Below, one piece after another: positions 18,344-29,474 of a stretch of DNA of 64,000 nucleotides. The translations under genes were made by a program, and so were the position numbers. The stretch spans positions 8,603 to 72,602 of the forward strand of contig JAHRAO010000031.1 of assembly GCA_020027215.1 (NCBI GenBank). Reading direction: 5' to 3'. Each line of letters begins with the position of its first letter. The stretch's first letter is position 1. The notes below the pieces were generated by a model. The model worked only from the letters and a program-made list of their open reading frames with translations. It searched no databases and was not told where the DNA came from. The DNA comes from Gammaproteobacteria bacterium. GTDB taxonomy: Bacteria > Pseudomonadota > Gammaproteobacteria > JABABF01 > JAHRAO01.

Positions 18344-19572
18344 GTCTGTGCATCGGGTTGCGTTATCTCGTTGCAGGGCGTGGAAATCGCTTGTTATCTT
18401 TTCTCGCATGGTTGTCAGTGAGTGGGATGATCTTAGGGGTTGCATTGTTGATAGTCGTGCTATCGGTGATGTCGGGTTTTGACCGTGAATTGCGCGAGCG
18501 CATTCTAGGCTTATCACCACATATCATGGTATATCATCGCAGTGGTGTACACGACTGGGAACAACTCGCACAGCATTTAACAGAGGACCCGCGTATCGTA
18601 GCGGTTGCTCCTTTTGCCTATTTGCAAGGCGTATTGGTACATCACAACAACAATGCAGCGGTACTTGTGCGTGGTGTTGTGCCCTCCGCAGAAAAAAGAA
18701 TTTCATTAGTTCATGAATTTACCGCGCAGGATGGATTAACCGCAATTAATGACGATGGAGCAATCCTTATAGGTGCGCTGTTGGCAGAACGTTTGGGAGT
18801 AAAAGTGGGTGATACCTTAACGCTCATTGTGCCGGGCAGTGGTGGTGTGCAACATTTTAATCCAACGGTGCGCTCTTTCACAGTCGGAGATATTTTCACC
18901 ACCGGTACTGAAATGGATCGCAAATTAGCACTCATTGCGTTACCCACTGCAATGCAGATGATGGATAGTCATCAAGCCGCAGAAGCACAGGGAGTAGGGC
19001 TGAAAATCCACAATGTGTTTCATGCATCGCTCATTGCGCAGTTTATTGCCGATACTTTGGGTGAGAATTACCGCACCCAACATTGGATGAATTTGCATGG
19101 CAACTTATTCAATGCTATTCAGATGTCTAAAAGAATGGTTTTTTTAATAGTAGCGGTGATTATTGTGGTGGCGGCATTCAATTTAATTTCAACGCAAGTA
19201 ATGATTATTAACGATAAACGCGCGTCCATTGCGATTATACGCACAATGGGAGCATCACAGCGCCAAATATTTGGGATTTTTGCCGTGCAAAGCGGAAGCA
19301 TTATCGTGTTGGGAACTTTATTGGGCGGCGCTTTAGGAAGTGGTTTATCGCTATGGGTGAGCGATATCGCCGATTTTATCCAACGCTACTTTGGAGCAGA
19401 ATTGCTCCATGCGGAGGTTTATCCGATCAATTACCTCCCTTCCCATTTAGAGTGGTCTCAAGTTGCGCTAGTACTATTGGCGGCGGTGACGGTCAGTTTA
19501 TGTGCGGCGATTTATCCCGCATTGCGCGCCGCCCGTATTATCCCTGTGCGCGTATTAAGTAAGCAAGAGTAA
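18322..19572 (+). CDS. lolE: lipoprotein-releasing ABC transporter permease LolE
   Basis: 416-aa paralogue of LolC (SLCIGLRYL...). It overlaps the lolD 3' end by 22 nt. Confidence 0.88.
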   Translation: MFFFSPVSLCIGLRYLVAGRGNRLLSFLAWLSVSGMILGVALLIVVLSVMSGFDRELRERILGLSPHIMVYHRSGVHDWEQLAQHLTEDPRIVAVAPFAYLQGVLVHHNNNAAVLVRGVVPSAEKRISLVHEFTAQDGLTAINDDGAILIGALLAERLGVKVGDTLTLIVPGSGGVQHFNPTVRSFTVGDIFTTGTEMDRKLALIALPTAMQMMDSHQAAEAQGVGLKIHNVFHASLIAQFIADTLGENYRTQHWMNLHGNLFNAIQMSKRMVFLIVAVIIVVAAFNLISTQVMIINDKRASIAIIRTMGASQRQIFGIFAVQSGSIIVLGTLLGGALGSGLSLWVSDIADFIQRYFGAELLHAEVYPINYLPSHLEWSQVALVLLAAVTVSLCAAIYPALRAARIIPVRVLSKQE

Positions 19573-19582
19573 TTATTCCATA

Positions 19583-21385
19583 GTGTCAGATACAATCCCT
19601 ATTCAGTGCGTGCGCAATTTAGCGATTATTGCACATATTGATCATGGTAAATCTACCTTAGCCGACCGATTTATTCAGCATTGCGGTGGTCTCAGCGAGC
19701 GAGAAATGGAAGAACAAGTATTAGATAATATGCCGTTGGAGCGTGAACGAGGTATTACGATTAAAGCGCAAACTGTGCGTTTGCATTATCGGGCAACCGA
19801 TAATGCGGATTATCAAATTAATATTGTCGATACGCCGGGGCACATTGATTTTGGCTACGAAGTATCGCGAGCTCTCGCTGCATGTGAAGGTGCATTGTTA
19901 ATTGTTGACGCTGCACAGGGGGTAGAAGCACAATCCATTGCCAATACTTTTGCCGCCGTAGAACAAAATTTGGCAATTATACCTGTGCTCAATAAAATTG
20001 ATTTGCCACAAGCCGATGTTGAACGCACACAGGCGGAAATTGAGGAAATGATAGGAATTGATACCCACACCAGTTGCCAAATTAGTGCAAAAACAGGCGA
20101 AGGCGTTCTGCAATTGTTGGAAAATATGGTGCACCGTATTCCCCCTCCCGCATGCGACGTGCATGCCCCGATGCAGGCATTGGTGATTGATTCATGGTTT
20201 GACCATTATCTCGGGTTAGTGGTGTTGGTCAAAGTAATGAATGGTATGATATGTGCGGGTGATCGCATTACGGCATACTCTGATGGACGACAACATATTA
20301 TTGACCATGTCGGTGTCTTTACTCCGACCCGTCAGACATTACCCGCTTTGTCCGCTGGGGAAATTGGCTTTGTGGTGGTCGGGGTCAAAGATATTCATGC
20401 GGTTCCCGTTGGCGATACTTTAGTCCCCTATGGCGTCACCAGTCAGCCCTTACCAGGTTTTAAGCGCGTCCAACCGCAGATTTATGCTGGCTTATTTTCT
20501 TCGGGACACGATAACTACGAAGTTTTTCGTGATGCTTTAGATAAATTGGCACTCAATGATGCCGCCCTTTACTACGAACCCGATGTCTCTTCTGCTCTGG
20601 GAATGGGATTTCGTTGTGGTTTTTTAGGTATGCTGCACATGGATATCGTTCAACAACGTTTGGAACGAGAATATAAATTGGATTTAATCACCACAGCTCC
20701 AACAGTGACCTATCAGGTTGTGACTAAAAATAAAAAGGAATTCACCATCTCCAATCCGGTGGCTTTACCCGATATGAGGCACATTGATAAAATCTGCGAA
20801 CCTATTGTGCGGATGCACATATTGACGCCCCAAAACCATTTAGGTAAAATTTTGTCGCTGTGCGAGCAGCGGCGTGGAATTCAAAAGGAGATGCAATTTT
20901 CGTCGCGCCATGTTTCATTAACTTACGAATTGCCATTAAGTGAAGTTGTTGCTGACTTTGTTGACCGCCTGAAATCGGTGAGCAGCGGATTTGCTTCGGT
21001 AGATTATCATTTTGTGCGCTACCAAGAAGCAGATTTAACTCGTTTAGATATATTGATCAATGGCGAACGCATTGATGCTCTTTCTGCTATAGTACATAGA
21101 AACGAAAGTCGTATGCGCGGGTTAGCGGTGAGTGAAAAAATGAAAGAACTCATTCCCCGCCAACAGTATGAAGTCACCATTCAGGCGGCGATCGGTAATA
21201 CTATCATCGCCCGTCAAACTGTTAAGGCGTTTCGTAAAAATGTCACCGCTAAATGCTACGGCGGTGATGTGACCCGTAAGAAAAAATTATTAGCGAAACA
21301 GAATGTAGGAAAAAAACGTATGAAAAGCATTGGTAAAACGAACATTCCACAAACCGTATTCCACGCTATTCTACAACGCGATTGA
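19583..21385 (+). CDS. lepA: elongation factor 4 (LepA)
   Basis: GTG start. GTPase motifs [12 protein letters not shown] and [13 protein letters not shown]. The C-terminal LepA tail [16 protein letters not shown] is present. Confidence 0.95.
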   Translation: MSDTIPIQCVRNLAIIAHIDHGKSTLADRFIQHCGGLSEREMEEQVLDNMPLERERGITIKAQTVRLHYRATDNADYQINIVDTPGHIDFGYEVSRALAACEGALLIVDAAQGVEAQSIANTFAAVEQNLAIIPVLNKIDLPQADVERTQAEIEEMIGIDTHTSCQISAKTGEGVLQLLENMVHRIPPPACDVHAPMQALVIDSWFDHYLGLVVLVKVMNGMICAGDRITAYSDGRQHIIDHVGVFTPTRQTLPALSAGEIGFVVVGVKDIHAVPVGDTLVPYGVTSQPLPGFKRVQPQIYAGLFSSGHDNYEVFRDALDKLALNDAALYYEPDVSSALGMGFRCGFLGMLHMDIVQQRLEREYKLDLITTAPTVTYQVVTKNKKEFTISNPVALPDMRHIDKICEPIVRMHILTPQNHLGKILSLCEQRRGIQKEMQFSSRHVSLTYELPLSEVVADFVDRLKSVSSGFASVDYHFVRYQEADLTRLDILINGERIDALSAIVHRNESRMRGLAVSEKMKELIPRQQYEVTIQAAIGNTIIARQTVKAFRKNVTAKCYGGDVTRKKKLLAKQNVGKKRMKSIGKTNIPQTVFHAILQRD

Positions 21386-21387
21386 TT

Positions 21388-22119
21388 ATGGATATTAATT
21401 TCCCTTTAATATTATTCATTGCAACTGCGGTTACTGGAGCAATTGTGGCCATCGATCGTTTTTGGCTTGCACGGCGAATCAAAAATTCACGGCAATATAA
21501 AATCATTGATTACGGATACTCTTTTTTCCCCCTTTTGTTGATTATTTTCATCTTGCGTTCGTTTGTCTTTGAACCGTTTCAAATTCCTTCCGCCTCTATG
21601 GAACCGGGTTTGCGGAGTGGTGACTTTGTGTTGGTCAATAAGTATCAGTATGGGTTACGTTTTCCGGTGGGCAATACGAAATTTTTCTCCGTTAGTGAAC
21701 CGCAACGCGGCGATGTGATGGTTTTTTTTCCTCCCCACGATGATCGTTATTTTATTAAACGCGTCATAGGGTTACCCGGCGACCGTATTATGTCTCGGAA
21801 TAAAAAATTGCTCATCAATGGGGTGCCCATCCCGCATGAATTGATTGATGAACAGTGGCCATACCGCATTATGCGCGAGTCGATGGGTGATAGTGCTTAT
21901 CAAACGCAGCATTTTTCCTTGAAGCCGGAGAGTGATTTTTCTGAAATTGTCAAAGAAGGGCATTATTTCGTTATGGGCGATAATCGCGATAATAGTCGTG
22001 ATAGTCGGGCGTGGGGGCAAGTGCCAGCAAAGCACTTGGTCGGTAAAGCTGTAGCAGTATGGATGCACTGGGATGAATTTTTTAGTATTCCTGGATTTCA
22101 TCGCAATAAATGGTTATGA
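21388..22119 (+). CDS. lepB: signal peptidase I
   Basis: Motifs FQIPSASMEPGL, GDVMVFFPP, YFIKRVIGLPGD and GDNRDNSRDSRAWG. The ATG at 21388 lies 3 nt after the lepA stop; the tracked ORF starts at a TTG at 21382. Confidence 0.92.
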   Translation: MDINFPLILFIATAVTGAIVAIDRFWLARRIKNSRQYKIIDYGYSFFPLLLIIFILRSFVFEPFQIPSASMEPGLRSGDFVLVNKYQYGLRFPVGNTKFFSVSEPQRGDVMVFFPPHDDRYFIKRVIGLPGDRIMSRNKKLLINGVPIPHELIDEQWPYRIMRESMGDSAYQTQHFSLKPESDFSEIVKEGHYFVMGDNRDNSRDSRAWGQVPAKHLVGKAVAVWMHWDEFFSIPGFHRNKWL

Positions 22120-22787
22120 ACGATAAAAAAGATCCCATAGGATACGTTTTTCGCGACCCACATCTCTTTCACTTAGCGATGTCTCACCGGAGCTACAGTC
22201 TCCAACACAATGAGCGGTTAGAGTTCTTGGGTGATGCGATGTTAGATGCGGTGTTGACGCATTATTTATATATCCATTTTCCCGATCAACCGGAGGGAGT
22301 ATTATCGCGTTGGCGAGCGCACTTGGTGCAACGCAATGCGTTGGTCGAACTTTCCCAACAATTATGTCTTGCCGAGAAAGTGTACCGTTCTTCTTCTGTG
22401 GTTAAAGTAGAAGATTCTATTGTCGCGAATGCTGTCGAGGCATTGATAGGAGCTATTTTTGTCGATGGTGGTTATCTCGCGATAGAAAAGTGCGTTTTAT
22501 CGTGGTATGCGGATAAATTGAAGATAAGTTATTTACAAGATATAGATAAAGATGCAAAATCTAAGCTACAAGAATACGCACAAAAAAAGAAATGGGCATT
22601 ACCCTCTTATCGCCACAATGTTGTCAGGAGTGAATCACACGCCCCTACCTATCGTGCCGCATGTCGTTTAGATCATCCAGAATTAGAATCGTATGGGATG
22701 GGCAAAAATATACGCGCCGCCGAACAAAAAGCTGCCAATAATTTACTCGCCATCCTTGCGCAGCAAAATGATGCCAACACAAAGTGA
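22110..22787 (+). CDS. rnc: ribonuclease III
   Basis: RNase III signature NERLEFLGDA plus a C-terminal dsRBD (KSKLQEYAQKK...GKNIRAAEQKAA). An alternative start at 22116 forms an ATGA overlap with the lepB stop. Confidence 0.93.
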   Translation: MVMNDKKDPIGYVFRDPHLFHLAMSHRSYSLQHNERLEFLGDAMLDAVLTHYLYIHFPDQPEGVLSRWRAHLVQRNALVELSQQLCLAEKVYRSSSVVKVEDSIVANAVEALIGAIFVDGGYLAIEKCVLSWYADKLKISYLQDIDKDAKSKLQEYAQKKKWALPSYRHNVVRSESHAPTYRAACRLDHPELESYGMGKNIRAAEQKAANNLLAILAQQNDANTK

Positions 22788-23676
22788 ACCAGAGACGCGT
22801 TGCGGATTAATTAGTATTGTCGGCAGCCCGAATGTAGGTAAATCTACGCTCATGAATCATTTCATCGGGCAACATATCAGCATCACTTCACGTAAAACGC
22901 AAACGACACGCCATAAAGTATTGAGTGTGCAAACCGAGGCGAATATTCAACGCGTCTTCATTGATACACCGGGCGTGCAACGTCAATATAATCAATTAAT
23001 TCATATGCGAATGAATCGCATAGCTTTTGCGGCATTGGATAATGTCGATGTCATAGTGTTTTTATTAAATCGGCTGGACTGGGGAAAGAACGAAGAATGG
23101 ATTATGTCACAAATTGAAAATTACCCGCAGGCCACTCGTTTAGTTGCCCTCAATAAAGTGGATTTAATGAAAGATAAAACAGCACTTCTACCCCATTTAG
23201 AGTGGATCGCTTTGCGCACTCAAGCGGTGGAAATTTTTCCTTTATCAGCGCGCACGCACTACAATTGTTCCGCATTACGGCGCACTATTGATAGCCATCT
23301 GCCCCGCCGCGCCTTTTTTTTCTCTGCTGATTGCACAACCGATTTACGCGACGATGTGCTTGCTGCGGATATGATTCGCGAACAAGTGATGCGGCAATTA
23401 CATGCCAATGTCCCGTATGTCACAACGGTCATAGTGGAGAAGATGCAATCGCACAACAATGTTTTGCATATTAACGCTTGTATTTGGGTTGAAAGTGTGG
23501 GACAAAAAAAAATAGTTATCGGTAAAAAAGGGCAGCAGTTAAAAGAGATTGGACAGGCGGCACGCTTCACAATGGAAAAATTATTCCACACAAAAATTAT
23601 GCTTACCCTGTGGGTGAAAGTGAAACGTGGCTGGTCAAACGATGAAAATTTATTACGCCAACAGGGGATAGTGTGA
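22768..23676 (+). CDS. era: GTPase Era
   Basis: Motifs MMPTQSEPETRCGLISIVGSPNVGKST, DTPG, NKVD and a C-terminal KH domain. The upstream 25 codons of the tracked ORF overlap rnc and were rejected. Confidence 0.93.
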   Translation: MMPTQSEPETRCGLISIVGSPNVGKSTLMNHFIGQHISITSRKTQTTRHKVLSVQTEANIQRVFIDTPGVQRQYNQLIHMRMNRIAFAALDNVDVIVFLLNRLDWGKNEEWIMSQIENYPQATRLVALNKVDLMKDKTALLPHLEWIALRTQAVEIFPLSARTHYNCSALRRTIDSHLPRRAFFFSADCTTDLRDDVLAADMIREQVMRQLHANVPYVTTVIVEKMQSHNNVLHINACIWVESVGQKKIVIGKKGQQLKEIGQAARFTMEKLFHTKIMLTLWVKVKRGWSNDENLLRQQGIV

Positions 23677-24347
23677 ACCCCACTTTCCCTCCCCAAGCGG
23701 CGTATATTGTGCATTGGCGTTTGTATCGCGAAACGAGCATGTTAATTGACGTTTTTTCGCAAATGGATGGTATAGTGCCGATGGTCTGTAAGGGAGTACA
23801 GCGCCCTAAGGGACTGCGCAGATTAATTCGCCAGTTTTCACCACTCTGGGTAACATGGCGCGGCCGCCGCGATTTGAAAACCATGACTGCCCTTGATGCA
23901 CGTGGCACACCCTATTTCTACAATGATATAACGCTCTATAGTGCTATGTATATCAATGAATTGTTGTTTTACACCGTTCCGAAGTACGAAAATCACTCGC
24001 GCTTATTCAAGGCCTATGAAAAAGTGCTACATGAATTGAATGATGGACAATTAGAAGTCGCATTGCGGCGGTTTGAATTTACTTTGCTGGATGAAATTGG
24101 TTATGGTTTGAATTGGGATGTCGTTTCGGAAGGCTATTACCGTTACGAATACTATAATGGATTGACGCCGTGCAATCATAATACACCGAACCATTTTGCT
24201 GCCGATGTATTGCGTGCGATGCACTCTGGCGATTATAGCCAGCGCACCACCCGTCAGGCAGCAAAAAATTTAGTGCGCATAGTGTTGCACGGCATTCTCA
24301 AAGGACAGACCCTCCATAGCCGTGCCTTGTGTGCGGGACAATTGTAA
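23673..24347 (+). CDS. recO: DNA repair protein RecO
   Basis: GTGA start/stop overlap with era. The N-terminal OB-fold-like AYIVHWRLYRETSMLIDVFS..VCKGVQRPK and the position after era support the call. Confidence 0.85.
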   Translation: MNPTFPPQAAYIVHWRLYRETSMLIDVFSQMDGIVPMVCKGVQRPKGLRRLIRQFSPLWVTWRGRRDLKTMTALDARGTPYFYNDITLYSAMYINELLFYTVPKYENHSRLFKAYEKVLHELNDGQLEVALRRFEFTLLDEIGYGLNWDVVSEGYYRYEYYNGLTPCNHNTPNHFAADVLRAMHSGDYSQRTTRQAAKNLVRIVLHGILKGQTLHSRALCAGQL

Positions 24348-24739
24348 TGGTTATCAAGGGCATCGGCATTGATATGGTGAGCATTGAGCGCATCCGATGT
24401 GTATGGGAAAAATTTGGTTCCCGATTTGTTGCGCGTATCCTCCATACAGAAGAACAAGATTATTTTACCCAGAGCCATGATCCCATCCGCTTGTTAGCAG
24501 GACGCTTTGCGGTTAAAGAAGCGGCGAGTAAAGCATTAGGTTTAGGGATTGGTCGTGACATATCGTGGCGCTATATTTTTGCCCGCCACAATGCTCACGG
24601 GGCACCTCAGTTGCGCTTCACTAAACAGGCAGAACACATTGTGCGCAAAAAATGCATCACCGACCAACAACTCACTCTCACTTACGAGGGCGATTATGTA
24701 GTGGCGATGGTCGTGCTTTCGGGTACTCCGTCCCCATGA
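24347..24739 (+). CDS. acpS: holo-[acyl-carrier-protein] synthase
   Basis: MVIKGIGIDMVSIERI...RFAVKEAASKALG. TAATG overlap with the recO stop. Confidence 0.9.
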   Translation: MVIKGIGIDMVSIERIRCVWEKFGSRFVARILHTEEQDYFTQSHDPIRLLAGRFAVKEAASKALGLGIGRDISWRYIFARHNAHGAPQLRFTKQAEHIVRKKCITDQQLTLTYEGDYVVAMVVLSGTPSP

Positions 24740-25635
24740 ATTTTCCCACCATTGAAAGTTGTGTGGGCAATACGCCATTGGTGCGTTTACAACGTTTGCC
24801 AGGTAAGACACGTAATACCATTTTAGTCAAATTAGAAGGCAATAACCCCGCCGGCTCGGTAAAAGATCGCCCAGCAATCAGCATGATTCAGTGCGCCGAA
24901 CAACGGGGTGATATTGCGCCCGGAGATACGCTCATTGAGGCGACTAGTGGGAATACGGGCATCGCTTTGGCGATGGCGGCTGCCATCAAAGGGTATAACT
25001 TATTGCTGATTATGCCCGAACATATGAGTGGCGAACGCAAATTGACGATGGCGGCTTTTGGCGCGACCTTGATTGAAGTGAGTCGCGAAGAAGGAATGGA
25101 AGGTGCACGCGATTTGGCGATAAAAATGGCATACGAAGGAAAGGGAAAAATACTCAATCAATTCGCTAACCCCGATAATCCCGCTGCACACTATTTAACG
25201 ACTGGTGAAGAAATTTGGCAGCAGACAAAAGGAACCATCACACACTTTATCAGTTCAATGGGCACTACAGGGACAATTATGGGAGTGTCGCGTTATATGC
25301 GCGAACACGGATATCCGGTGGAGATCATCGGATTACAGCCCTGTGAAGGCTCGCATATTCCCGGTATTCGGCGTTGGCATAAGGATTACTTACCGCAAAT
25401 CTACGATGCTTCCCAAGTGGATCGCATAATGGATATCAGCCAAAGCGAATCTGAATCTACGATGCGCTTGTTGGCAAAACGAGAAGGTATTTTTTGTGGC
25501 GTCTCTTCGGGCGGTGCAGTGGCTGCGGCATTAAAAGTTGCCAACACCACTGAACAGGCGGTTATAGTCGCTATTGTGTGCGATCGCGGAGATCGTTATG
25601 TCTCCACTGGGGTATTTGATGAAACGAGCGATTGA
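24736..25635 (+). CDS. cysM: cysteine synthase B
   Basis: ATGA overlap with acpS. The sequence IESCVGNTPLVRLQRL...LEGNNPAGSVKDRPA...EATSGNTGIALAM...GLQPCEGSHIPGIRRW...FCGVSSGGAV follows the E. coli CysM sequence as I recall it. Confidence 0.93.
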   Translation: MNFPTIESCVGNTPLVRLQRLPGKTRNTILVKLEGNNPAGSVKDRPAISMIQCAEQRGDIAPGDTLIEATSGNTGIALAMAAAIKGYNLLLIMPEHMSGERKLTMAAFGATLIEVSREEGMEGARDLAIKMAYEGKGKILNQFANPDNPAAHYLTTGEEIWQQTKGTITHFISSMGTTGTIMGVSRYMREHGYPVEIIGLQPCEGSHIPGIRRWHKDYLPQIYDASQVDRIMDISQSESESTMRLLAKREGIFCGVSSGGAVAAALKVANTTEQAVIVAIVCDRGDRYVSTGVFDETSD

Positions 25636-26452
25636 TTATGATATCACCCATTTGTTAGCGGTCATGACCCACCTCCGTCACCCCGAATACGGATGTCCGT
25701 GGGATTTAGAGCAAGATTTCCAATCCCTACTTCCCCTAATAATGGAGGAAACCGCTGAAGTTGCCGATGCAATCCAAACAAAAGATTTTGCTAATCTGAG
25801 AGAGGAATTAGGTGATTTATTATTACATATTGCTCTCTATACCCAACTCGCATCGGAAGCCGGATATTTTGATTTTGCCCAAGTGGTCGACGAGTTAGTG
25901 AAAAAATTGGTTCGCCGTCACCCACATGTATTTTTAGATGGCGCCATTGATGGGAAAAAACGCACAAAAAAAATGACCGCCAATGAAGCCAGTGAAAGTT
26001 GGAATGCAGTGAAGTCGGATGAACGCCATGCCACAAAAGTTGCAACGGACCCATTAGATAAAGGTGTTCCTCGCTCTATGCCCTCATTGGCACGAGCACA
26101 AAAAGTGCAAAAACGTGCGGCTAAAAGAGGGTTTGATTGGCAGCGGGGTGAAGAGGGCGTGCAGCAAAAACTCTTTGAAGAATTCAACGAATTCAATGTA
26201 GCAGAGAGCCCTGCTGAGCGCGAGAAAGAATTGGGTGATTTATTATTTACTTGTGTCAATCTCGCCCGTCATCATGGCGTGGATGCCGAGACAGCACTGA
26301 TGGGGTCGACGCGGCGCTTTATTCGCCGCGTACAATGGATTCAAAATAAATTGTACGCGCATAAAAGCGATTATCGGCAATTAAATGGTGAAACCTGTAA
26401 TCATTTGTGGGAGCAAGCAAAACTGCACACCTATGATGGCGAAGATAAATAA
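25619..26452 (+). CDS. mazG: nucleoside triphosphate pyrophosphohydrolase MazG
   Basis: L..M..LR.PEYGCPWDLEQ, then EETAEVADAI...ELGDLLLH, and a second MazG repeat (EEFNEF...ELGDLLF). The start overlaps the cysM 3' end. Confidence 0.88.
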   Translation: MKRAIDYDITHLLAVMTHLRHPEYGCPWDLEQDFQSLLPLIMEETAEVADAIQTKDFANLREELGDLLLHIALYTQLASEAGYFDFAQVVDELVKKLVRRHPHVFLDGAIDGKKRTKKMTANEASESWNAVKSDERHATKVATDPLDKGVPRSMPSLARAQKVQKRAAKRGFDWQRGEEGVQQKLFEEFNEFNVAESPAEREKELGDLLFTCVNLARHHGVDAETALMGSTRRFIRRVQWIQNKLYAHKSDYRQLNGETCNHLWEQAKLHTYDGEDK

Positions 26453-26523
26453 TTGCATTTATTCCTTATTCTCCCCGTGCTCGTAAACATCACTCAACGC
26501 GGCACTATGAATTTGTTTGTGCT

Positions 26524-27744
26524 ATGAATATTGCTCTGCATGTCAAAGAACGGCTCGGATTACGGCGTGTTGTATTAGGCATTGCGGGGAGTATTGCCGC
26601 TTATAAAGCTGCTGAGATCGTACGGATGTTGCGTGAGTGTGATGCCGAAGTGCGGGTAGTGATGACTCCTGCAGCAACTGCTTTTATCGCCCCTTTGACC
26701 CTCCAAGCGCTATCCAATAATCCCGTGCAGAGCGATTTGTTGGATCCGCACAGCGAGCAGGCGATGGGACATATTGAGTTAGCGCGCTGGGCGGATGTGG
26801 TGTTGATTGCTCCAGCGAGCGCTGATTTTATTGCCCGTTTGGCAATCGGTCGGAGCAATGATTTATTAGCCGCAGTGTGTTTAGTCACACAGGCACCTAT
26901 CGTATTGGCGCCGGCTATGAATCAATCCATGTGGTCTCATCCCGCAACGCAAAAAAATTGTTCCGTTTTACAACAGCGTGGAATGCTCTTGTCGGGTCCT
27001 GCGATCGGCGATCAAGCCTGCGGCGAATATGGTCCTGGGCGTTTAATTGAGGTAGAGGCAATTATGGAAGCCACCGCACAATTATTTGCTACACGTCTTT
27101 TGACAAATAAACGAGTGGTGATTACCGCAGGGCCCACGCGCGAGTACATTGATGCGGTGCGTTATCTCTCTAACCGCAGTTCGGGAAAAATGGGTTTTGC
27201 TTTAGCCGCCGCGGCGGTGGATGCTGGCGCTAATACATTGTTGATTGCCGGACCTGTCGATGTGCCATCTCCCGCCCGTGTGACCCGTCTCAATGTTGAA
27301 AGTGCCCGTGAGATGGAAGCCCTGTGCATGCAACAGGCTCCGCAGTGTGATATTTTTATTTCGGTTGCCGCCGTTGCCGATTATATGCCCGATAAAAAAT
27401 CCGCCCACAAAATAAAAAAAAGTGATGCGCAAATGACGCTCACACTCGTGCGTACCCCAGACATTCTCGCCCAAGTGGCAGCATTACCGCAGCCACCATT
27501 TACGGTTGGTTTTGCTGCCGAAACCGAAAATTTGGAGAAAAATGCGCGGCAAAAAATCGCCGATAAAAAACTCAACATGATCGCTGTCAATTCAGTGAAT
27601 AATGATGAAATTGGATTTGCCAGCGATGATAATGAGGTGACTTTATTATGGCATGGCGGACAAGAGTTTATGCCGCGCACATCAAAAAGCCAATTAGCGC
27701 GATTAATGATCGAACGTATTGCCCAACATTATGGCACCGAATGA
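26524..27744 (+). CDS. coaBC: bifunctional phosphopantothenoylcysteine decarboxylase / phosphopantothenate-cysteine ligase
   Basis: N-terminal flavoprotein domain (VLGIAGSIAAYKA...APAMN..MW) and C-terminal CoaB domain (VITAGPTREYIDAVRYLSNRSSGKMG...AAVADY). Confidence 0.92.
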   Translation: MNIALHVKERLGLRRVVLGIAGSIAAYKAAEIVRMLRECDAEVRVVMTPAATAFIAPLTLQALSNNPVQSDLLDPHSEQAMGHIELARWADVVLIAPASADFIARLAIGRSNDLLAAVCLVTQAPIVLAPAMNQSMWSHPATQKNCSVLQQRGMLLSGPAIGDQACGEYGPGRLIEVEAIMEATAQLFATRLLTNKRVVITAGPTREYIDAVRYLSNRSSGKMGFALAAAAVDAGANTLLIAGPVDVPSPARVTRLNVESAREMEALCMQQAPQCDIFISVAAVADYMPDKKSAHKIKKSDAQMTLTLVRTPDILAQVAALPQPPFTVGFAAETENLEKNARQKIADKKLNMIAVNSVNNDEIGFASDDNEVTLLWHGGQEFMPRTSKSQLARLMIERIAQHYGTE

Positions 27745-28690
27745 ATTTGCCCTTATCCGCCAGTTGTTTCATTCTGCCCGCTGGCGCGAATTGAACAGCA
27801 CGCATCCATCTTGTCTGTTGGGTCCTGGAGATGATTGTGCTCTTGTGACACCTCCGCCGAATGAACATATTGCCCTATCCATAGATACCGCATTACCCGG
27901 CGTTCATTTTCCCCAAGGCGCGACTGGTGCACAAATTGCTGTTCGCGCATGCAGTACTGCGTTGAGTGATCTTGCCGCTTGTGGTGCCAATCCATTAGGT
28001 TTTTTAGTCGCTGTGCAGATACCGCAATTGGATGAGGATTTTCTGCACGCACTGAGTGATGGTTTATACGAAGTAGCATCGCATTATTCCATTCCTTTGT
28101 TGGGAGGCAATATGGCGCGTGGATTACTTGCCGTTACGGTGCAAGTTGTCGGTTCAACGTCAGCGGCACTAAGGCGTGACCAAGCGCAAGAGGGCGATCG
28201 CATTTTTGTCAGCGGCACATTGGCTACTGCTGCGGCAGGTCTGGTCAAGGTGCGTGATGATTTACACACAGAACACCCATTCGCCGCTGCCTATTGGCGA
28301 CCGACTCCGCGCATTCAATTGGGAATGTGCCTAAGGGGTATCGCTTCTTCCGCCATAGATATTTCCGATGGACTGGTGCAAGATGTCGGGCATATTGCCC
28401 AAGCGAGTGGTTTAGGCGCGCAATTGGATCGCAGTGCTTTACCGGTGCATCCCGATGTCGTTGCCGAGTATGGGAGCGAACAAGCATTGCTGTGGGCAGC
28501 GAATGCTGGCGACGACTATGAATTGTGTTTTACTGTCCCTGTGGATAAAATTCCCCTATTGCATCGCAATGCGCCCACTTTTCCGCCCTGTGTTGAAATA
28601 GGACACATGGTTTCTGGGACAGGAGTATATTATATGGGCGAAGACAGTGATATTCCCGCGAGCGGTTACGATCATTTTGCATCAAATTGA
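27731..28690 (+). CDS. thiL: thiamine-monophosphate kinase
   Basis: EFALIRQLF...GPGDDCALV...SIDTALPGVHF...DISDGL...GDDYELCFTV. The ATG at 27731 overlaps the coaBC end; the tracked ORF begins at a TTG at 27719. Confidence 0.88.
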   Translation: MAPNEFALIRQLFHSARWRELNSTHPSCLLGPGDDCALVTPPPNEHIALSIDTALPGVHFPQGATGAQIAVRACSTALSDLAACGANPLGFLVAVQIPQLDEDFLHALSDGLYEVASHYSIPLLGGNMARGLLAVTVQVVGSTSAALRRDQAQEGDRIFVSGTLATAAAGLVKVRDDLHTEHPFAAAYWRPTPRIQLGMCLRGIASSAIDISDGLVQDVGHIAQASGLGAQLDRSALPVHPDVVAEYGSEQALLWAANAGDDYELCFTVPVDKIPLLHRNAPTFPPCVEIGHMVSGTGVYYMGEDSDIPASGYDHFASN

Positions 28691-28700
28691 GGAGTAGCAA

Positions 28701-29411
28701 ATGGCATTGGCAATGTTTGATTTAGATAATACTTTAATTGCTGGCGATAGCGACCATGCATGGTTAGAATTTTTATTTGAGCGCGATCTGTATCCACGCT
28801 CTCATAACAGCGTGGATGGTCATCCATCATCGCCCGCACGCAATGCGACAGAAGCGCATTTAATCAATCAAAGCGAGTATTTTTATCGTTGTTACCAGCA
28901 AGGGCGTTTAGACACCGATCAATGGTTTCGTTTTGCGCTGCTCCCTTATTCGCATTATCCCAAAGCCCAATTAGAGGAATGGCGAGAGGAGTATGTGCGC
29001 ACTAAAATTATGCCGATGGTGCTCAGTAAAGCAACCGCTTTAATTGAAAGTCATCGCACGAATAGCGATCAATTGCTCATTGTCAGTGCCACAAATGAAT
29101 TTCTTGTCTCCGCAGTGGCAAATTTATACGGCATTGACGATTATTTGGCTACGCGCTTAGAAAGCAACAACGGCAAATATACCGGCGCAATTTCTGGTAT
29201 CCCATGTTTACGCGAAGGAAAGGTCACCTATGTCAGCGAATGGTGCAAGCAGCGCAAATTATCAATAGATACAGCATATTTTTACAGCGATTCGCATAAC
29301 GATATCCCGCTTTTGCAGTGCGTGCGCCATCCCATTGCCGTAGACCCCGATGATCACTTGCACGATTATGCCCGCTCGCGCAATTGGCAAGTGATGAGTT
29401 TGCGCAATTGA
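28701..29411 (+). CDS. HAD-IB family hydrolase (SerB-like)
   Basis: HAD motif I FDLDNTLI, motif II IVSATN, and the motif III/IV region GK...YSDSHNDIPLL. Confidence 0.8.
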   Translation: MALAMFDLDNTLIAGDSDHAWLEFLFERDLYPRSHNSVDGHPSSPARNATEAHLINQSEYFYRCYQQGRLDTDQWFRFALLPYSHYPKAQLEEWREEYVRTKIMPMVLSKATALIESHRTNSDQLLIVSATNEFLVSAVANLYGIDDYLATRLESNNGKYTGAISGIPCLREGKVTYVSEWCKQRKLSIDTAYFYSDSHNDIPLLQCVRHPIAVDPDDHLHDYARSRNWQVMSLRN

Positions 29412-29474
29412 GAATAATTTTCTTACTGAATAAAGAGCACCTCCAATAGGCACAATAATAAAAACAATATAGGT

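Noticed and set aside
23259-23908. 151-aa and 101-aa minus-strand ORFs.
   Set aside because: Antisense to era and recO; no support.
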